From NCBI GenBank assembly GCA_964630055.1, contig CAZVRA010000002.1, forward strand, positions 143,021 to 207,020: 64,000 nt of DNA. Reading direction: 5' to 3'. The notes under the pieces were generated by a model that was given only the letters and a program-made list of their open reading frames with translations, did not search any database and was not told where the DNA came from. The stretch comes from an uncultured Candidatus Saccharibacteria bacterium. GTDB taxonomy: Bacteria > Patescibacteriota > Saccharimonadia > Saccharimonadales > CAZVRA01. This document shows positions 55,079 through 64,000 of this stretch, in pieces. The translations under genes and the position numbers were made by a program. The stretch's first letter is position 1. Every line of letters begins with the position of its first letter.

Positions 55079-56482
55079 CTATTTTTTGAGTATTCGGCTC
55101 CAAATTGGACCGTTTGGCGTGTCGCTGATTTCTATATTTTGTTGTTTTAGTCGGTCGCGTAGTCGGTCGGACTCTGCCCAGTTTTTGGCTTGGCGGGCCG
55201 CCTCGCGCTCGGCAATCATTGCCTTTTGTTTACCGGTTATATCTGGCAGTAGTAAATTTATGCCCAGCAACTCGTTAATATAACGCAAGTTGGATTCCAA
55301 ATGGGCAGCGTAATCTTTGTCGCCATCCATCGTAGCACTCAAGGTTTGGTCAATATATGCCAAAGCGCCCGGTGTGTCGAGGTCGTTCTGCAAAAGTTGC
55401 AGTAGCTCTTGCTCAAAAACGTCGCCGCGTTTTATGGAGGAGTCCGACTGGTTTTGCCAGCGCATGTCGGCTACGGCTTGCCAGCGCTCCAGGCGATTTT
55501 GCGCCGCCTCCAAAATCTCCCAGGTGAAGTTGCCCTCGGTGCGGTAATGTTTGCTCAAAACCAACAGCTTAAAAGCTCGCAAATCATAACCGCGGTCAAT
55601 AATGTCCTGCAGAGTATAAATATTGCCCAGTGATTTACTCATTTTGGTGCCATCAACCTTAATGTGGTTGGCATGAATCCAAAAGTTAGCAAACTTTTGG
55701 CCAGTAATGGCTTCGGTTTGGGCGATTTCGTTGGTGTGGTGCACCGGTATATGGTCAATCCCGCCAGTGTGAATATCGATCTGGTCGCCCAAAAGCTGGC
55801 GTGCCATGACCGAGCATTCTAGGTGCCAGCCTGGGAATCCCATGCGGCCGTCGTCGGTTGGGCTCGGCCACTCCATGTCGCGCTTTTCGCTTGCGTCAGA
55901 AAACTTCCAAACCGCAAAATCGGTTGGGTTTTTTTTGCCACTGTCCTCGACGCGAGCGCCAAACTGCAGCCCATCAATATCTAGCCGCGCCAGCTGGCCG
56001 TAATCTGTCAGTTTAGAGGTGTCGAAATAAATTCCGTCAGCGATTTCGTATGTGTAGCCTTTTTGGGCTAACTGTCGCACAAAATCGGCTTGTTGCTCGA
56101 TGTAATCGGTCGCTCGCGGCATGTGGTTTGGACGCGTCAACTCTAGCAGTTCGTAAGCTTCTTTGTCGGCAACGGCAATGTATTTGTCGGCTACTTGCCA
56201 AGCGCTCAGGCCTTCCTGGAGCGCGCCTTTGAGCATTTTGTCCTCGCCAGCGTCCTCGTCGCTAGTTAGGTGACCGACATCGGTAATATTTTGCACATGA
56301 GTTACTTTGTAGCCGCTAGCTCGCAAAGTTCGAACCAAAACATCCCAGTAAATATAAGCCACCCAGTTGCCAATATGCGGCTGGCTATAGACAGTTAATC
56401 CACAGGCGTACAGGCGTACTTTGCCTGGCTCCACCGGCGTAAATTCGTCAACTTTTCTGGTGAGTGTGTTGTATAGTTTCAT
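55079..56482 (-). CDS. cysS: cysteine--tRNA ligase
   Basis: 467 aa. HIGN (HIGH-class) motif, GWHLECS, KMSKSLGN. Confidence 0.95.
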   Translation of the reverse strand: MKLYNTLTRKVDEFTPVEPGKVRLYACGLTVYSQPHIGNWVAYIYWDVLVRTLRASGYKVTHVQNITDVGHLTSDEDAGEDKMLKGALQEGLSAWQVADKYIAVADKEAYELLELTRPNHMPRATDYIEQQADFVRQLAQKGYTYEIADGIYFDTSKLTDYGQLARLDIDGLQFGARVEDSGKKNPTDFAVWKFSDASEKRDMEWPSPTDDGRMGFPGWHLECSVMARQLLGDQIDIHTGGIDHIPVHHTNEIAQTEAITGQKFANFWIHANHIKVDGTKMSKSLGNIYTLQDIIDRGYDLRAFKLLVLSKHYRTEGNFTWEILEAAQNRLERWQAVADMRWQNQSDSSIKRGDVFEQELLQLLQNDLDTPGALAYIDQTLSATMDGDKDYAAHLESNLRYINELLGINLLLPDITGKQKAMIAEREAARQAKNWAESDRLRDRLKQQNIEISDTPNGPIWSRILKK

Positions 56483-56484
56483 GA

Positions 56485-57483
56485 TTACTTAGTAGAGTTG
56501 TTTAGTAAATCGGTAGTTTGCTTAATAACCTCAGTTTTAAGGTCGCTGTAATGCCAATCGTGAGTTTTAAAGCCGGCCGCGTGAGCGTGGCCACCGCCGC
56601 CGAAGGCGGCGGCTAGGTCGCCGGCCAGCGGTCGGTCGTCGGTGTTATTGCTGCGAATTTTGGCGGTTATTTTGCCGTCTGGGTAGGTTTTGAGCGCCAC
56701 GCTTATTAGCACGCCTTCGGCGTTGCGCAGTTCCTCGAGTGCTAATACGCTAGGGTTGTAATGCGGGCTTATTTGCTGGATATCGGGCCATGGAATATGC
56801 ACCAAAGCCAGCTGGCCATCGCAGGCGTATTCTATAGTTTGCAGCAGCTTGCCTTTGTAATTGATGACTTCGGGCGTTTTTTGCAAGAATTTGCGGCGGC
56901 GGGCGTCAATTTCGGCCAGATTAGCGCCCAAATCAAGCATTTTGGCCACCACCCTTAAGGTATCGCCCTGGACAACCTCGGTGCTTAAGCCCAAAGTGTC
57001 GGCCAACATCGACTCCACAATGTGAGTCGCCGCTGTCTTATTAATCGTCCAACCATTTTGCTCTGCCAAAAAGTAAACAATTTCGCCGGTAGAAACCGGC
57101 TGACCGGGTTCGCTAAAGTATTCGGCTTGGGGCAGAGGCAGGTCACTTTGCACTGGATGATGATCGAGCACCAAAACTGGTTTGTTTTTTACGGCAGTCA
57201 ACTTGCCGCCAACCAGGGTTTTTTCTAGCAAGCTAAGGTTAACAGTGTCGACAATAATAGTTATGTCAAAAGTGGCCGGAAAATCGGCCACAATTCGGTC
57301 GGCGCCGCTTATATAATTTAAATATCCGGGTACTTGAACGTAGCTGTAAATTATAACTTGCTTGCCTAAATCTCCAAAAATTTCTTCTAGTGCCAGGGCC
57401 GATGCTACGCTGTCGCCATCTGGGTTTTCGGGCTGCAAAATGAGCACAGTATTTACTTTGTCCCATTCAATGCTGCTATTCAT
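56485..57483 (-). CDS. DHH-family phosphoesterase (NrnA-like oligoribonuclease/pAp phosphatase)
   Basis: NPDGDSVAS, VLDHH, GGGGHAHAAGF (DHHA1). Confidence 0.8.
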   Translation of the reverse strand: MNSSIEWDKVNTVLILQPENPDGDSVASALALEEIFGDLGKQVIIYSYVQVPGYLNYISGADRIVADFPATFDITIIVDTVNLSLLEKTLVGGKLTAVKNKPVLVLDHHPVQSDLPLPQAEYFSEPGQPVSTGEIVYFLAEQNGWTINKTAATHIVESMLADTLGLSTEVVQGDTLRVVAKMLDLGANLAEIDARRRKFLQKTPEVINYKGKLLQTIEYACDGQLALVHIPWPDIQQISPHYNPSVLALEELRNAEGVLISVALKTYPDGKITAKIRSNNTDDRPLAGDLAAAFGGGGHAHAAGFKTHDWHYSDLKTEVIKQTTDLLNNSTK

Positions 57484-57672
57484 GCAAATAGTATAGCCTA
57501 TTAGTATTGGTTATAACAGTGGTGAGCTAAAAAACAGCAATATTTGCTAGGTCGGACATTAGATTTAGGATATAATGAAATAATAGGCTACTTTTATGCT
57601 TCCAGTTCGAATCGTTTTTTTTGAAAAGCAGAAACAGCCACAGCGTAATATATAGGATAAACGAGGGTAAAA

Positions 57673-59304
57673 ATGTCGCGGATAATTAGACGCATAACTG
57701 CATTAGCTACTGCTACTTTTTTTTGGTTAATTTTGGTGCTGGCTTCCGGTGCTGTGCCAGTTAGTGCTTTAGCAGTAACAATAACCAGCCCTACAGCTAA
57801 TCAAGAATTATCGGGCAAAAATGTTAGTATTACTGGCACAACTTCGCCAAAAACCACTGTAGTTTTATATAACGGGTCAACAGCTTTTGCTCAAACGGTC
57901 TCCGATGCTTCGGGTCAATGGTCTGTTACTACGCCCTTGCCCCCAGGCACACTGCATATTACCGCTAAAGCCACCCAGAACCCTCAATTTGGTTATTTTA
58001 CTAGTATATTGTCAAATGGCGAAACAAAATTCAATCAAATAAGATATAGCGATTCTGTTATTAATCCCACGGCTGGCTGGCCAATTGCCATAGGTCCAGA
58101 GGGCATGATTTTTAGGTCTTCACCAACCCAGAATGTTTTATATAGTGGTAACCCTTTTGGTTTTGGCTCACCAAGTGGTAAAACTATGAAGATAGATCTT
58201 AACAATCCGTTTTCGCCACAGCTTGCTACCGGTTATGCACCAAGTTCTACGGCCATGACTGGCGCCTATAGCTTGGACGGTGCCAAGTATTATGCTCCTG
58301 TAAACAATACTGCAACAGTTAATGTAATCAATGTTGCAACCAACGCTTACATAAAGACTATAGATTTAAATAACTCATCGTTTAGTCAAGGTGCTTGGAC
58401 ATCCCCTTCCAGTGGTAAAATATATATCCCAATGACCGATAGCCACATTGGCGTTATTAATGCCAATAACGACACGGTTGATAAAACTATTACCGTGCCC
58501 TGCAACGCTACGACTGTTTTCTATACTGTCGAATTTTCGCAAGATGCTGCCTACCCATACTATTTTGTAAAGTGCAAGGAAGACAAGGTGGTGCATCGTT
58601 ATAAAGTAGCTGATGATTCGCATGATGCTCAATTTTCTATCGACAAAGATCTTAACGTTGGTATGCTATCGCTAGATAATTCTAGGGTATTCTACGGCAG
58701 CTTTCCGGAAGGAGCTAGTGGCTGGGTATATGTTTACGATACCAAAAACTTCAATTTGTTAAAGACAATTGATCTTTCGGGTATGTCTATCGGATTTTTG
58801 CCTAGTGCTGACCAGCAGCGCATTTACGTATCCGTACAAGGTCAAGGTTTTGATCAAACTAAAATTGACATCATAGACATGGAGACGCAATCTGTTGTAT
58901 CGACTGTTAATACTCCGGGTGTGCCGCTACCACTAGAGCGTAGTCTTACCGAGGTGGCAACCGCCACGACCGATGTAACCTTTGTGCTATCTGCCGAGAC
59001 TAATGCAGGTACTACGGGTGCTGGTGCTATATCTGGTGGTGTTGCTCAGCTGGCAGATACTGGTGCAGCTACTTTGGTGCTTTCTATTTTAGCGGCTGTC
59101 TTGCTGCTAATAACTCTTGCATACACCTACCGCGACTATCGCAAACATCGCAAGGCACTAGAGGTGGCAGCCGGCCAGTCTGTAGGTGCTTATACTTATT
59201 GGCATCACCTAAGAGTTGTTTCTATACCGCTAGCTCGCTACAGGGTATCGTTTCGTCTAGAAAAACTAAACCCAGATAAATCCAACAAAATTCGTCACAT
59301 CTAG
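57673..59304 (+). CDS. surface protein: signal peptide, Ig-like domain, beta-propeller-like region, LADTG motif plus TM and an unusually long cytoplasmic tail
   Basis: 543 aa. ITSPTANQELSGKNVSITGTT... Ig-like domain. LADTG at 59050-59064 followed by a TM. About 60 residues follow the TM. Confidence 0.75.
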   Translation: MSRIIRRITALATATFFWLILVLASGAVPVSALAVTITSPTANQELSGKNVSITGTTSPKTTVVLYNGSTAFAQTVSDASGQWSVTTPLPPGTLHITAKATQNPQFGYFTSILSNGETKFNQIRYSDSVINPTAGWPIAIGPEGMIFRSSPTQNVLYSGNPFGFGSPSGKTMKIDLNNPFSPQLATGYAPSSTAMTGAYSLDGAKYYAPVNNTATVNVINVATNAYIKTIDLNNSSFSQGAWTSPSSGKIYIPMTDSHIGVINANNDTVDKTITVPCNATTVFYTVEFSQDAAYPYYFVKCKEDKVVHRYKVADDSHDAQFSIDKDLNVGMLSLDNSRVFYGSFPEGASGWVYVYDTKNFNLLKTIDLSGMSIGFLPSADQQRIYVSVQGQGFDQTKIDIIDMETQSVVSTVNTPGVPLPLERSLTEVATATTDVTFVLSAETNAGTTGAGAISGGVAQLADTGAATLVLSILAAVLLLITLAYTYRDYRKHRKALEVAAGQSVGAYTYWHHLRVVSIPLARYRVSFRLEKLNPDKSNKIRHI

Positions 59305-59313
59305 GCTGGCAGG

Positions 59314-59922
59314 CTAATTTAGGTTAGTGCGGTGCTCTAGAGCGCGTGCCAGAGTTATTTGGTCGGCGTACTCTATATCTACACCTGCTGGCAGACCACG
59401 GGCTAAACGAGTAATTTTAACATTAGATTCAAGCAGTTCTTGTTGCAGGTAAAGAGCTGTTGACTCACCTTCTACCCCACTGCTAATAGCTAATATTAGC
59501 TCTGTAACATTATCTTCTTGAACGCGTTTAATTAGTTCTGCAATATGTAGCTGCTCTGGCCCAAGGCCATCCAGCGGCGATATTAGCCCCCCAAGCACAT
59601 GATAAGTGCCATGGTATTGACCGGTTTTTTCTATTGCCATTATGTCAAATGGCTCGGCGACTACGGCGACGATTTTTTTATTGCGCTCAGGGCTAGTGTA
59701 GAGTGGACTAAGGTCTTGACCCTTTTCGATTAGGGCAAATGTTTTAGGGCAAAAGCCAATATTATTTGGAATGTCCAATATACTTTGGCCCAATTTGGAG
59801 GCTTGAGCCTGATCTGCCCTTAGCAAATAATTAGCGTATCGTTCGGCCGTGCGAGGTCCTACACCGGGTAAGTTGCCTAGTTGTTCAATTAAATTTTGTA
59901 ATGATTTCGGCAGAAGGCTCAT
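59314..59922 (-). CDS. recR: recombination protein RecR (zinc-finger-less variant)
   Basis: LPGVGPRTAERYANYLL (HhH), VAVVAEPFDIMAIEKTGQYHGTYHVLGGLISPLDGLGPEQL (Toprim). The usual CxxC...CxxC segment is absent. Confidence 0.85.
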   Translation of the reverse strand: MSLLPKSLQNLIEQLGNLPGVGPRTAERYANYLLRADQAQASKLGQSILDIPNNIGFCPKTFALIEKGQDLSPLYTSPERNKKIVAVVAEPFDIMAIEKTGQYHGTYHVLGGLISPLDGLGPEQLHIAELIKRVQEDNVTELILAISSGVEGESTALYLQQELLESNVKITRLARGLPAGVDIEYADQITLARALEHRTNLN

Positions 59923-59936
59923 GAATAAGCTACGGG

Positions 59937-60230
59937 TTAAAGGCCCAGATCACCCAATGCGCCCATCATGGGCTGCATTTTTTCGGCCGCCAACTTTTGG
60001 CTTTCGGCAATAGCTGTTTTAACTGCATCTTCGATCCAGCGCTCTAGCTCGCGAATGTCGTCTAAATCTACGCAGTCTGGGTCAATATGTATGCGCTTTA
60101 TTTTTTGTTCGCCAGTGATTTCTACGCGAACTGCACCATCGCCTTCCTCGACTTCAATAATTTGTTTTTGCAATTCTTTTTGTAGTTTTTTTACCTTCAT
60201 AAGCATTTTAGCCTGATCGAATCGACTCAT
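59937..60230 (-). CDS. ybaB: YbaB/EbfC family nucleoid-associated protein
   Basis: 97 aa. ...MKVKKLQKELQK...VEEGDGAVRVEITGEQKIKRIHIDP... Upstream of recR, as is typical. Confidence 0.85.
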   Translation of the reverse strand: MSRFDQAKMLMKVKKLQKELQKQIIEVEEGDGAVRVEITGEQKIKRIHIDPDCVDLDDIRELERWIEDAVKTAIAESQKLAAEKMQPMMGALGDLGL

Positions 60231-60313
60231 AATTGTTGTCCCCTTGCCAAATTACAGATTGAATTAACTATTTTATTATAACATGGCAATCCCGAGTAAC
60301 AAAAATTGGCAGC

Positions 60314-61498
60314 TTACTCATTGGCTGAAAAAACCTGCTTTGTGGCTGGAGCCTGCGGCCAAGCCACAAAATAACTACTAAGATTATAATAGGTTACAAC
60401 TGCTGTGGTTATAGTTAGGAGCGCAATCAAAAGCCCAAATGCAAATGGATTACGCGGGAAAACTCGTAGCCAATTTGTAAAAATATAAGCAATACCGCCG
60501 CCGACCAACAAGTAAATAAACGGCAATAATATGGTCAGGCTAATTACCCCACAACTGATCAGTAAAATGGCAAAAATCATACCACCCAGCACGATTTTGC
60601 TGCGGTCTAGATTGATGTGTTTTATGTAGTTATATAGACCGAGCAGCCCCAGACCAGCCGAACAATAATCGAGCAGTGGCAACCGGCCTAGCCATAGCTG
60701 TGGATTATCTGGCCCATGCCAGAATAGCCTTACAAATACTAGGCCAATTGCTTTAGGCACTGCTGATAGCATGGCTAAACTAGCTGGTAAACCTAGGTAA
60801 CTATGAACTAGTTCGGGTTTTAGCACAAAGGCTCTAGCTAGCGGCAGTATACAAAGCAAAACAAAAAATGTTGCCAGTAAAGCGCCACTACGATTGCGCT
60901 TAATGGTCGACAGAATACGGCGGCGACCAATGATGAATGCAAAGACTACAATCCAAATCATCCCAGGCGTGTATAAAAGATACAAAAAGGCCGCCAATAA
61001 AGCTGGCAGCTCCCAGTGAAGTGGTCGATTTTTTTGGCTCCAGATGCCAAAGGCAATGGCCCCCAATATGCAGGTATGGGCAATGTCTGGCATGGCCATG
61101 CGCCCAACATGCAAAAACCAGCTGCTACAAACATAAAGTATGGTCGTGATAAAAGCCACGCGGTCACTGTGCCATTTGCGAATAATATAAAAGAGTAAAA
61201 TTGCGCTTACCAAAGCAGTTAGTACCGAGCCTAGTCTGGCCCAGCCAATGTTACCCGGAGCAATTTTTTGAGCTATCCAAAGCAGAATCGAGTGCGGTGC
61301 ATAAAGTGGGTTATCTAGAATATTCCGCAAAGAACTGCTGGCTGCCATAGCTTTGTGCTCGCCAGGACTAGTGCCAGCCACTAGGCTACTAAGCTTAAAC
61401 AAAAGCAAGCCGCTTATCAAAGACAGCCCTAAAATAGCCTCAATTAGTACGTGCCAGTAATAATTAACAAAGCGCTTAAGCTGGAATGATTTAGTCAT
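60314..61498 (-). CDS. polytopic membrane protein, possibly a GT-C (family 39/ArnT-like) glycosyltransferase
   Basis: 394 aa, about 10 TM segments. The first extracytoplasmic loop pattern (TSPGEHKA...NILDNPLYAPHSILLW) resembles GT39-type proteins. The function call is weak. Confidence 0.4.
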   Translation of the reverse strand: MTKSFQLKRFVNYYWHVLIEAILGLSLISGLLLFKLSSLVAGTSPGEHKAMAASSSLRNILDNPLYAPHSILLWIAQKIAPGNIGWARLGSVLTALVSAILLFYIIRKWHSDRVAFITTILYVCSSWFLHVGRMAMPDIAHTCILGAIAFGIWSQKNRPLHWELPALLAAFLYLLYTPGMIWIVVFAFIIGRRRILSTIKRNRSGALLATFFVLLCILPLARAFVLKPELVHSYLGLPASLAMLSAVPKAIGLVFVRLFWHGPDNPQLWLGRLPLLDYCSAGLGLLGLYNYIKHINLDRSKIVLGGMIFAILLISCGVISLTILLPFIYLLVGGGIAYIFTNWLRVFPRNPFAFGLLIALLTITTAVVTYYNLSSYFVAWPQAPATKQVFSANE

Positions 61499-61648
61499 AA
61501 TGCAGACTCTGGGTTGATTGACATGAACTTAACGTCCTTCTATGATCTAAGATCGTTGTTTAGTAACATACTTATGGCTTGTATTATACTCGTTTTTTGG
61601 ACTGCTAGGCAAGTATTGCGCACGGAGGCTGGTTGGTGCTAGCTGCAT

Positions 61649-63016
61649 TTAGCTAAAAGGATCATGCTGGCGTGATTCTATGGAGCGAAAGCGTTGTTTC
61701 TCGCGGTCAAAATAGAGCTCAACGGCTCCAGTCGGTCCATTACGATGTTTTTTGATTAGTATATCTATGATGTTTTTGCGCTCGGATTCGGGATTGTAGT
61801 AATCTTCGCGGTACAAAAAAGCCACCACATCGGCATCTTGCTCGATGCTGCCCGATTCTCGCAAGTCCTGCAATTGTGGAATTTGTGGATTTCGACTTTC
61901 GACACTTCGGCTAAGCTGACTCAGGGCAATTAGCGGCACGTTTAGTTCGCGGGCGATGCCTTTTAGGCCGCGGGAAATTTCGGAAATCTCCTGAACGCGG
62001 TTACCGTCGCCGCCAAATTTGGCTCCACCGCTCATTAGTTGTAGATAGTCAACGATGATTAGACCTAAAGGGTGGGTGTGAGCTTCGCGTCGAGCTTTGG
62101 TGCGTAAGTCGCTAACGGTTATACCGGGAGTGTCATCTATGTAGACCGAGGCTTCACTGAGCGCACCCATGGCCTGACCAATTTTTTCGAAGTCAGCATC
62201 GGTAAGGTTGCCGGTACGCAGTGCCCAGGCATCAACGCCAGATTCCATGGCAAGCATACGATCGACCAACTGTTCTTTGCTCATTTCTAGGCTAAAAATT
62301 AAAACTGGTACCTTTGCTTGCAGCGCAATGTTATGAGCAAGCGCTAACGAAAAAGCGGTTTTACCCATGCTGGGCCGAGCCGCCAATATAAACAAGTCCG
62401 ACTTTTGCAAGCCAGCCAAAATTTTGTCTAGATCGACAAAGCCCGTAGGTACGCCGCGGATCTTGCCTTTGTCTTTGTGCAAGTCATCAAGTCGGTCAAA
62501 GCTGTCTGCTAGGATGCTTTCCAGGCTGGTTATATCTTGTTTGACATGTTGTTGGCTGACCTCAAATAATTTTGTTTCTGCCGACTCTATCAGATGCGCT
62601 AAATTTTGCTCCTCTTGATATCCCAGCTTTATGATGTCCTGCGAAGCTTTAATCAGCCGTCGTCTCATAGATTTTTGAGCGACAATTTCGGCGTATTGCT
62701 CCACATGAGCAGCCGTTGGCACAAAATTGGTCAACTGAGTTAGATACGCCGGCCCGCCGATATAGTCTAGGTAACCGGTGTTTTTGAGCTGATCGGACAA
62801 GGTGAGCACATCGATTGGGCTATGTTTTTCGTAAAGCTGGGCAATCGATTCGTAAATGCGACCGTGACGTTGGTCGTAAAAATCTCCAGGTTGAATTAGA
62901 TCGGCAATTTTAACAATGGCATCGCTGTCAATTAGTATAGCCCCTAGTAAACTAGCTTCGGCATCGGTGTTCTGAGGGGGCATTATTGCCTGGCTGGGTT
63001 GATTCATGTTAGTCAT
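61649..63016 (-). CDS. dnaB: replicative DNA helicase
   Basis: 455 aa. PPQNTDAEASLLGAIL, GFVDLD, AARPSMGKTAF Walker A, IIVDYLQLM, SQLSR. Confidence 0.95.
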   Translation of the reverse strand: MTNMNQPSQAIMPPQNTDAEASLLGAILIDSDAIVKIADLIQPGDFYDQRHGRIYESIAQLYEKHSPIDVLTLSDQLKNTGYLDYIGGPAYLTQLTNFVPTAAHVEQYAEIVAQKSMRRRLIKASQDIIKLGYQEEQNLAHLIESAETKLFEVSQQHVKQDITSLESILADSFDRLDDLHKDKGKIRGVPTGFVDLDKILAGLQKSDLFILAARPSMGKTAFSLALAHNIALQAKVPVLIFSLEMSKEQLVDRMLAMESGVDAWALRTGNLTDADFEKIGQAMGALSEASVYIDDTPGITVSDLRTKARREAHTHPLGLIIVDYLQLMSGGAKFGGDGNRVQEISEISRGLKGIARELNVPLIALSQLSRSVESRNPQIPQLQDLRESGSIEQDADVVAFLYREDYYNPESERKNIIDILIKKHRNGPTGAVELYFDREKQRFRSIESRQHDPFS

Positions 63017-63039
63017 CCGTCTTTAGTTGGCCGAACAGT

Positions 63040-64000
63040 TTACTCTAGCGATTGTAGCACTTCCCCGCCACCAAAAATATTGCTTACGTTATCTATAGGT
63101 GATGCTTTTGACTCTTTAATGTCTTTGACTTCTTTATCTTTGGCCGCGTCGCAAATTATGGCCACAGGCTGCCCGGCTAGCTCTTTGGCAATTCCAGCAA
63201 TAATATTACGGTTATTTTTTTGATTGATTTGTTTTTGATGAAAAGCGTATCTGAAGTGCAGATGAATCGTTTGTTCATCTGGCACGACCTCGGCCTGAGC
63301 CATCCGTAAAATACCATATAAGGTGTTGTGCTGCTGTTTTATGCGGGCCAACACTAATGGCCAGGTAGATTGCGATAATTCTCCGGCAATTTCCGATTTG
63401 GTGCTATTTGGTTGGGCTGGTTTGTTAGGCGCTTTAGCGCTAGGAGCTTTGCTGGAATTGACGGCGGCTAATTTTGGTTTTGTGCTGGATTGGTCGGCAT
63501 GAGCGGCAGATTTTTTTTCGACTGGTTTTGCGGGTTGATTGGGTTGTCGCTCAAGCGTGTGCCGCAGGATAACTACCTCCAGCAATGCTGCTGGCTGAGA
63601 GCTGGCCGGAATATCCAGTAGGCTTTGAGCTAAATCTAGCCACCAGATATCTGGCGTGTTGGAACTAAGCAGCCGCTTGCGGGCGTCTCTGCCCAATTGT
63701 GTCGCCAGTTGAGCCGGCTGATTGCCATTATTAAAAAAATCTTGTAATTGAGCTAGGACTTGATCGGCCTGACCGCTCTGCACGGAATCGAGCAATTTTG
63801 CTACTGCTTGGTTGTTTGCTATGCCGAGTAAACGGTTTATATGGTCGATGTCTATTTGGTTGGCACTATGCTGAGCTTGATCAAGCAAACTGATACTGTC
63901 GCGAAAACTGCCGTTACCATGCTGAGCGATCAGCTCCAGCGCGTCACCAGAAATATTAATTTTTTCCAAATCGGCTATCTGCCGGAGATGGCTAACTAAA
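63040..64000 (-). CDS. dnaX: DNA polymerase III subunit gamma/tau, C-terminal part (5' end beyond the window)
   Basis: ...GDALELIAQHGNGSFRDSISLLDQ... (clamp-loader domain III) followed by a low-complexity Pro/Ala/Lys linker and C-terminal domain. The reading frame stays open to position 64000. Confidence 0.85.
   Translation of the reverse strand, partial: LVSHLRQIADLEKINISGDALELIAQHGNGSFRDSISLLDQAQHSANQIDIDHINRLLGIANNQAVAKLLDSVQSGQADQVLAQLQDFFNNGNQPAQLATQLGRDARKRLLSSNTPDIWWLDLAQSLLDIPASSQPAALLEVVILRHTLERQPNQPAKPVEKKSAAHADQSSTKPKLAAVNSSKAPSAKAPNKPAQPNSTKSEIAGELSQSTWPLVLARIKQQHNTLYGILRMAQAEVVPDEQTIHLHFRYAFHQKQINQKNNRNIIAGIAKELAGQPVAIICDAAKDKEVKDIKESKASPIDNVSNIFGGGEVLQSLE

Noticed and set aside
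57590-57650. UUCGAAUCG-containing stretch and a 19-codon mini-ORF in the leader of the 57673 gene, considered as a tRNA-like T-arm or leader peptide.
   Set aside because: The flanks cannot form a T-stem or acceptor stem. The mini-ORF has no SD. There is insufficient evidence for either.
61499-61648. GATCTTAGATC palindrome and the long leader upstream of the polytopic membrane-protein gene, considered as a regulatory RNA.
   Set aside because: It is a single short palindrome with a loop too small for an RNA hairpin. No conserved riboswitch-like strings were recognised.

Overview
This 64-kb window looks like chromosomal DNA from a small-genome bacterium with a Gram-positive-type envelope. By inference it is most consistent with a Patescibacteria/CPR (Saccharibacteria-like) organism. 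Supporting features are compact housekeeping genes, heavy reliance on transport and salvage functions, sortase-anchored surface proteins, and many overlapping or leaderless genes.

Housekeeping content I am confident of:
- A complete F1Fo ATP synthase operon (atpBEFHAGDC, 43.9-50.7 kb).
- metK with a SAM-riboswitch-like leader.
- smpB and tRNA-Asn.
- cysS and an NrnA-like DHH phosphoesterase.
- recR, ybaB, dnaB and the 3' part of dnaX.
- mpg, an L,D-transpeptidase, glutathione peroxidase, an aquaporin, and GT2/GT4 glycosyltransferases.

Regions that stand out:
1. A tightly packed ten-gene lipid/head-group cluster (10.8-20.7 kb). It combines Cfa, PlsC, two UbiA-type prenyltransferases, a rifampin-phosphotransferase-architecture dikinase translationally coupled to a CDP-alcohol phosphatidyltransferase, a GNAT, an atypical Fe-ADH, a cytidylyltransferase and a Nudix hydrolase. 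I cannot map this combination to a described pathway, and it is my best candidate for an undescribed system.
2. A visibly AT-rich island (about 21.5-26.1 kb). It carries a single-chain Type IIG restriction-modification enzyme and an orphan, translationally coupled two-gene operon with no recognisable family.
3. A sortase operon plus several large surface proteins whose sorting signals read (A/T/S)P(N/K)TG rather than LPXTG (26.8-36.7 kb).
4. Decay and rearrangement signatures: two homopolymer frameshifts, one in-frame TAG, a gene remnant, and a tRNA-Asn 3' fragment split by a 54-nt insertion.

I saw no CRISPR array, rRNA, transposase or integrase. All functional calls come from motif recognition by eye. 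No database search was run.
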